Below are positions 57,569 through 64,000 of a DNA stretch of 64,000 nucleotides, piece by piece. Within the stretch, counting starts at the first letter, position 1; each line of letters opens with the position of its first letter. The notes below the pieces were generated by a model. It was not told where the DNA came from. It saw nothing but the letters and a program-made list of their open reading frames with translations, and made no database searches. Source of the DNA: Pelomyxa schiedti (taxonomy: Eukaryota > Protista > Evosea); contig JAHLWZ010000804.1 of assembly GCA_020536535.1 (NCBI GenBank), positions 1 to 64,000 on the forward strand, given 5' to 3'. Both the position numbers and the translations under genes were made by a program.

Positions 57569-58320
57569 ATGGCAACAAAAGGAATGAAAATACGAACAGT
57601 CGGAGAGTTGGTGTCGTTCAGCGAGCCGAGAATGGGATTTCAGCTACCGTTGTTGGAGGACATCCTCGTAAGGCTGTACGGAAATGTGGAATATTTCTTG
57701 CTTGATTACATCCTCTTGTGGCTTGTACTGACCCTTTTCTTGAGGTGAGCAGTCATTTCCGCCCTCTTTTTTCCTTTTTTTTTTTTTTGTTCCTTCAGGG
57801 ATAAATCATTCTATGAAGCTGCACAGCACCCTCTTCCGCCAATTATAGCTGACTTAACATAACCATTTTAGTGCAAGCTAACTTTGGTACAGCACATGGT
57901 CACCTATGGGATTTATAATGATTTGTGCGATCGGTTTCCTGGGAATGGGATTGTTTGCTGGGCCTATGGCTCCCAAGATGTCCGGACTCATGAAATCATT
58001 TGCAATCACTTTCGGTATGTTGTGCTTGACTCTAGAAATCACTGACAACCGAGCGAAGGCGTAATGGGAATCATCTACTTTACTGGCACTGCTGGTTTCC
58101 TAATCCGTACTTTTACATTCACTGCCATAGGTAGTTGCTTTCTGTGTTTTTATCTTAATTTGTCATTTTCCCCTTGGTTCTTTTTGTCTAACACCAAATT
58201 TTAGTGTCCCTGGCACATGCTTTCATGCGAACCCCTGTAAAGGTTGCAGCCCCAGAAACAGCTGCTGCCCAACCACCCCCTGTGGACCCAACCACCTCAC
58301 CACTCACAAACAACTCTTGA
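57569..58320 (+). CDS. PRA1 (prenylated Rab acceptor)-family membrane protein; multi-exon
   Basis: IRTVGELVSF; VRLYGNVEYFLLDYILL; hydrophobic helices; C-terminal LAHAFMRTP. These fit the PRA1 consensus RL..NL.YF..NY and H A.FR. Confidence 0.7.
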
Positions 58321-58488
58321 TTTTTGGACTATTGCCCTTGTGTACCAGAACTTTGTTATTTACCATAACAAGAAAAAATCCATCAATTTGTTTTTTCGTA
58401 TGGCTTTGATTTTTTGTTAGTGTGCCAATAATAAGTTCAAATAGGTGCAGGGGCCAGTCAAGCAGCCAACTTCTTTCACCAGCTGTAA

Positions 58489-61400
58489 TTAGGCCAGTGA
58501 TATTTGGAAACACTTGTTGCTGGCAGACTGTTTCAAGATAGAGAGCCCGAGGCTTGCTAACCCTTCACATAGTGCTACACCATACACCAGGGCCTCCCCA
58601 TTGCGCTCTATGGGTACACCAACTTTTTTTGGTTGGCGGTGTTAGTGGGACAGTATTTTTTGTAAGGGAGACTTACTTTTCAAGTGCTTGATGCCGATTT
58701 GTTGGGACACTTCCATGACACTCTTAACTAGTACCGGCAGCAACCCGGTACTAAGTTCCTTCTTATTCATGGCTAAATTGAAAACGGCATTGGATCGACT
58801 GCACTTAATTATCCTGTTTATAAAGGTCAGTTGTGTGGGAGAAGAATAAAGAAAAACCTTGCATTGGCAATTATGGAACCACCTTCCACCACAATAATGG
58901 TGATGGAATCCAAAGGGTTTGCAAATAGTATTCTAACCATGCACTCGTGTGAAATGCGCTGCTCCAAAGTTGTAGCTGCATTAAGCGATACGAAAACACT
59001 TTCCTCCTCCAGTTGTGTTTGCCACGTTTTCCACATATGGTGGTTATCTGCTCTGTGTGGTGTTAGGCCTGTTAATTTGAGGTGCACAAGGTTACATACT
59101 GTAGAACTTTTACAAGAACTTGGTTACTTGAAACTTCGACTATTTTTGAATAGTCTAGTGAAAATAAAGATAACGCTGGCTAAGAATAATCAGTGTAAGG
59201 AAGAGGAATAACAACAGTTAGACACACAGGTACAGCCTTAGGAGTATTTCCCCAGATAACTACACGTGCATCAACAGCCATTATTCGTTCTGCTGAAGCT
59301 AATACAGGATTTATGTCACATTCCTGTGAACATAAAGAACTGGTCAAATACAACCAAGAGAAAAAATCAAGGTCATACCTTAATGAGAGGATGCCGAAGG
59401 AGCAGCTCCCCAAAGGAAACGAGAATTCCTGCTAGTTTATCAAGATCAATAGGTGCTTGCCCTCGGAACCCAGTGAGGGCGTGGTAAATTTTAGTCTAGA
59501 CAGTGTAAGAAGGGGTTGGGAGGCACGGGAAACCTGGCGCATTAGAATGAGAGCCAAATTGTGGTTAAGTGGAGGAAGAGTGACAGCCATATCTTTATAG
59601 ATCTCTACCATTTTCCCACCACAACCAAACGCAACTACGGGACCAAGCTGGCTATCACTAATCCCTAGAAATTATTAAAGAAGTCAAACGGGAGCCTGTA
59701 CCTCCGATTAAAAGTTCTTGACTGTTGGAGATATTTAACATAGGTTGCACTGTTACCCCCATAAAGTGCATTTCCCAATCCTTTGGATGGTATTTTTGCA
59801 GGTTCATCTAGGGAAAAAGGTTATTCTCGGCATTTCATCAAGTGAAACAACTTTGACAGTATTAAAAGCTGCTCGAACTTCAGCATCTGATTGGAGTGAC
59901 AGAATCACTCCTCCCACATCGGATTTGTGGGTGATAGTTTCAGATAGTAATTTTACGACAACCTTGCTTCAGGTCACTATGGAAAATGTGGATAGAATTG
60001 TACAGGGTATCCAATTTGGTTGGCAGCTACTACAGCCTCATCAGCAGAGGAAGCATTAAGTGTAGTGGATATGGGAATTCCATATGCAGATAGCACTTTC
60101 TTTGACTCTGATTCGGTGAGTATGCATCTACCCTTTTGGCTAACCTAAAAAATTTTGAGATCAAATAGGGTTGGTGGTATATTACTTCATTTAAAATTGC
60201 ATCCACAGCAGCTTGTGCAGTGGAGAAGTCGCCACTATCACATGGCTCGGGGAATTGATGTGCCTGGTTCAACATATCACGGTAGTTCCACAGGCTAAGT
60301 ATATTAGACTGAAGAAACGTGAGAACGTTTCAAAACCTGTCAACGATTGTGGCAGCTGTGTCACTTGCAGCAAAAACTGGGACACCATATTTCATCATGG
60401 CCTGACGTTTGGCAACGGCCCCAAGGCCAATTCCAATACCGCATTTCTGGGATTTCTGGACAAACTCGTACACATGAGACACTATATCCGCAGACGCTAA
60501 GGGACCAAGTAGCACCAAGGCAGTATGGATGTCCTTGCTACTGCTAATTGCATCAAGGCTCTGGCGGTAGCTTTCTCCTGTAGCGGCTGCGGTAAGATCT
60601 ATGGGATTGCTCTGGTTTCCTCGGTTGGTTTTACATCAGGAATAATGTGGGGCATACACGTGACCAATGCTTGGGAAGAACTCTGTCGAGGTTTTCAACA
60701 ACAGCTTCAGAAAGACTTGCGAGCTTCCCACCAGACTAAAACCAATTATCAACTAACTGCATTATGGTTGGGTGATAATACTTGTTCAAGTGCATCTGCA
60801 CATAACACGCCAGGACCCCCACCATCAGAAATAATAACGGCATTGGGTCCAGTGGGAATTGAACCAAAAGTAAGCATCATGACAGTCTAAAATAACAATC
60901 AGAATGAAGGAGAGGCTCTTCATGCAACTTCAAACATATCAGGAAGTGTATTGACTCGTAAGATTCCTGCCCTTCTAAATGCAGCATCCATAGCAACATC
61001 CGAACCAGCAACTGAACCCGTGTGTGACATTGCAGCTTTTGCTGCAGCCTTATTTCTTGAGGAAGAACAAATGATATTGTGCAACAAACCATGGTCCTGC
61101 CTGGTTTCAACAGAATAATTGGTTTTCGCAGTGAAACTTTCTTTGCCATTGCTAGAAAAGAGGGAGCATTTCCAATGGATTCCATATATATAGCAATAGA
61201 TTTGGTATGAGGGTCCTGCCAAAAATACTCAAGAATATCCGCCCTATTCAGATATTCGTATGAAGATTACTGAGACAGTTGAAGGGATGTAAGAACTTAC
61301 CACCCCATGTCAAGCATAGACCCCACTGACACCATACTACTAAAACCGACATTATGCTCATTGGCCCAATCAATCAGTGAAGCAATAATTGCCCCACTTT

Positions 61401-62154
61401 GACTAACAACAGCACAACTGCCCTAGCCAGTGTTAACATGGCAGTATAGAATTAGAATAGATACTGTCTTGCAGGTGGCAACTCCAAATGTAGTGTCAAG
61501 ATGGGTGTGAGAATTTATCAGCCCAAAACAATTGGGACCAATCATTCTGGTTCTGCCTTGAGCCCTTTTGAGATGTTTGTCGATCTCTTCTTCCAATGCC
61601 ACGCCTTCCGGTCCTATCTCCTTGAAGCCAGAAGGGAGTGCTATCACAGACTAGAGACACAAGTAAGAAATATTTTCAAACGAAAAGAAAATAAAGAGAA
61701 GGGCGGGTAAAGTACCTTCACACCAAGATCGACGCATTGCCGTACAACATCTGGAACGACAGGAGCCGCAGTAACAATCACCACAAGATCAGGAACGGCG
61801 GGCAATTTCATCAAAGCAGGAAAACAAGGTGTCCCCAGCACCTTATCTCGCCCAGGATTAACAGCCCAGACTGTTGCTCTCATTCCCTCCGACTACACGT
61901 ATCAATAAGTGCTTTGCCAATTAATCGATAGTACACGCCAAAAAAAAAAAAAAAGACCCAACAACCTTGCCACGCAATACGTTCGACGTGCACACTCGGC
62001 CAATGCCAGCGCGCTCCGTAGCACCAACGATGGCGATTGTGGACGGGTCGAAAAAAGACCACAGCGAGGGGTCGCCGTCCCCAGTGCAATCCACCTGGGC
62101 ACATGAGAAAACGCCAGAGTCTGTTACAGCCAGAGCCCCCTCGTAACGGTCCAT
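58489..62154 (-). CDS. ADP-forming acyl/acetyl-CoA synthetase (alpha+beta fused) with a C-terminal GNAT-like domain (Pat/YfiQ architecture); many introns, start approximate
   Basis: FFDPSTIAIVGAT; DLVVIVTAAPVVPDVV; RMIGPNCFG; KPIILLKPGRT..AAMSHTGSVAG; ESKKVLSAYGIP; THKSDVGGV; ECDINPV..AVDARVV. Then an extra domain ..IIVVEGGSIIANA|RII..AVFNLAM..TGLLPVLVKSVMEVSQQIGIKHL. Confidence 0.85.
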
Positions 62155-62510
62155 ATCTGCTTCTCTCACTGCGGCGGTGGTACGTAGCAGAAATCTGGGT
62201 CTTTTTTTTCCTTTTCTCCTTCTTGAACCTTGGATCTGCTGTCCATAAAAAGACTATTGCTCTGTCAACACCTGACGAAATTCCATTCCTATTATCAACC
62301 AACCCCCATCTCTGGGGGAAAATCGATCGAACGATTCTGAGGAAAAGTGTAAGATCCGCGAACTCGACTCGTTCCCTAAAATCTGTGACAACAACACGCC
62401 GGAAGTCATGCGGTCAGGAAAAAGCCCTTGCACATCATCTCATCTAATGCTTTTGGGTTGTTCTTGTTGTGGCACCCTTTTTCTTGTTCTTTTCGTCTTT
62501 ATCATAGGAT

Positions 62511-64000
62511 TTAGTGTCCACTGCTGCTACTGGTAGGAGTGGGTGTGGTGGTTTCTGCGGGTGTTGTTGCTGTTGGTGTGGGGGTGGGAGGAACAACAGG
62601 CTCGGCAGCCCTTTGCTGGAGAGCTCGGAACCGGCGCTCTGTTTGCTCCACAAGCTGTGGGTGCAACAAGGCAGCTGTCTCGGGGTGCTCGCGTGTAAGG
62701 CGCAGGAATCGGTTCTCCCTGGCAATGAATTCGGAAACGCCGCGTGTTGGTGGGCGGGAGTCAAACTGTAGTGGATTCTTCCCCTGGATTCGAAGTTAGA
62801 AGTCGGAACAGGAAGAATGAGAAACTGTACCTGTGCTCGTAGTGAGGGATTGTATCTATAAAGAGGCCAATAGCCACTGGCAACAGCCAGCTTGACTTCG
62901 TCAACCCAATCCCCGCCCTCTATGCCATGCTCTATGCACGGGCAGTAACAAATAATTACAGCCGACCCTGGGTAAGCATCTGCTTCAAGGAATGCACGGA
63001 TCGTCTGCATTGGATTAGCATACAGTGCTACCTGTGCCACGTAGATATTCTCGTAGCTGTAGAAGGGTCAGTTTCCTAACGTCACTCAGTAATGCTCTTA
63101 CCTCATAACAATGCTGCCGAAATCCTTCTTATTTTGTGTGTGGCCTCCTGATGCAAATTTGGAGACACTCCCTTTGGCACTGCCCTTACTCTTCTGCCCT
63201 CCTGTGTTAGAATAAACCTCAGTGTCCAAAACAATGGCCTTTATCTCCGTGCCAAGGGAAAGGACATGGTCCAGGCCACCTGAAATGAGTCAACAACACG
63301 AAAATGAAGGTCATGGTCTCACCAAAATCGATATCGTAAGCCCATCCATCACCACCGACAGCCCACTGAGTAATCTTCGGTAAAGCATCACGTTCCTTCC
63401 ACACTTGAGCTAATGCAGCATTTGCTGTGTGCTCAGTCTCAAGAAGGTGTGCAAGTAGCTTTGCATTGGTAAGAGAGGCAGAAGCATCTGTAAAATCTCC
63501 CAGCCATTTCACGAAAGCTGAACGTAACTCCGCAGACATCTTCGATATGGTCAAGGAACTGGATTCAACCAAGTAAGAATACCGTGATGCTGGTATCTTC
63601 AAGTAGGAGTTTTATCTTGGCCATCAGCTTTTCACGCAGTACTCGGTGTCCTTGAAGAGCTCCCAACGAAAATTCTTCATTTATTTTAGTTATTTCTTTA
63701 CTTCCATGTAATGGGAAAAATCACTTACCAGCAGCATCTATGTGAGATTAGTGCTAAGAAAAGAGTGAAAAAGGGGTCTACTTTCAAACAAGGAAATACT
63801 CAGGCAAGGACCCCAGCCGGACTCGGTATTCTTTGTATACGGGGAAGATGGGAAACTGATTGCAATAGCCGCACTGCACCCAGCAGCATTTCCAAGTGAA
63901 AGCCTCTCACCAAACAAGGAGGAGAGAAGTTTCAGGTAGGGAGCCTCACCACACCCAGCACATGCGCCACTGAACTCAAACAGTGGTTGCACAAGTTGAG
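62511..64000 (-). CDS. PFO: Pyruvate:ferredoxin oxidoreductase, 3' part (continues beyond the window)
   Basis: QPLFEFSGACAGCGEAPYLKLL; WAVGGDGWAYDIDFG; VLDTEVYSNTGGQKSKG; EADAYPGSAVIICYCPCIEHG; AVASGYWPLYRYNP. Stop codon is at ~62511. Confidence 0.95.

Noticed and set aside
62444-62520. Possible PFO-acetyl-CoA synthetase translational fusion
   Set aside because: The PFO frame ends ..SSSSGH* at ~62511, followed by A-rich UTR-like sequence. I found no convincing splice that bypasses the stop, although cDNA would be needed to exclude one.

Overview
This is a gene-dense, intron-rich eukaryotic window with short GT-AG introns. It is inferred to come from an anaerobic flagellated amoeba (Archamoebae, Pelomyxa-like). 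The inference rests on PFO, an ADP-forming acetyl-CoA synthetase, IFT57 and the ankyrin-repeat style, and was not checked by a search. I assembled about 32 genes by eye, so exon boundaries are approximate. Most are ordinary housekeeping genes: SCYL2, IFT57, DENN, CacyBP, ARL2, DGAT/ACAT, Rab-GDI, Y14 and PRA1. The stand-out is a ~23 kb cluster at 28.9-51.8 kb containing only two kinds of gene. The first kind is five intronless atypical HSPA12-type Hsp70s: two fused to a C-terminal vWA/MIDAS domain, two stand-alone, and one with destroyed ATPase motifs. The second kind is six genes with very different N-termini (lipidation-type MGxxC starts, His-rich insert, kinase-like, spectrin-like rod, Q/N-rich) that share one C-terminal domain. 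That domain resembles the GrpE-like MIEAP / GIL1-IRKI C-terminus, and five of the six genes have an intron at the same position. This looks like a dedicated, diversifying Hsp70 plus GrpE-like partner system. Other notable items are a secreted cyanophycinase, a MobB, a Zn-ribbon-less sirtuin fused to thymosin-like and YEATS-like domains, a Pat-architecture acyl-CoA synthetase-GNAT gene directly downstream of PFO, and a divergent EF-1alpha paralog.
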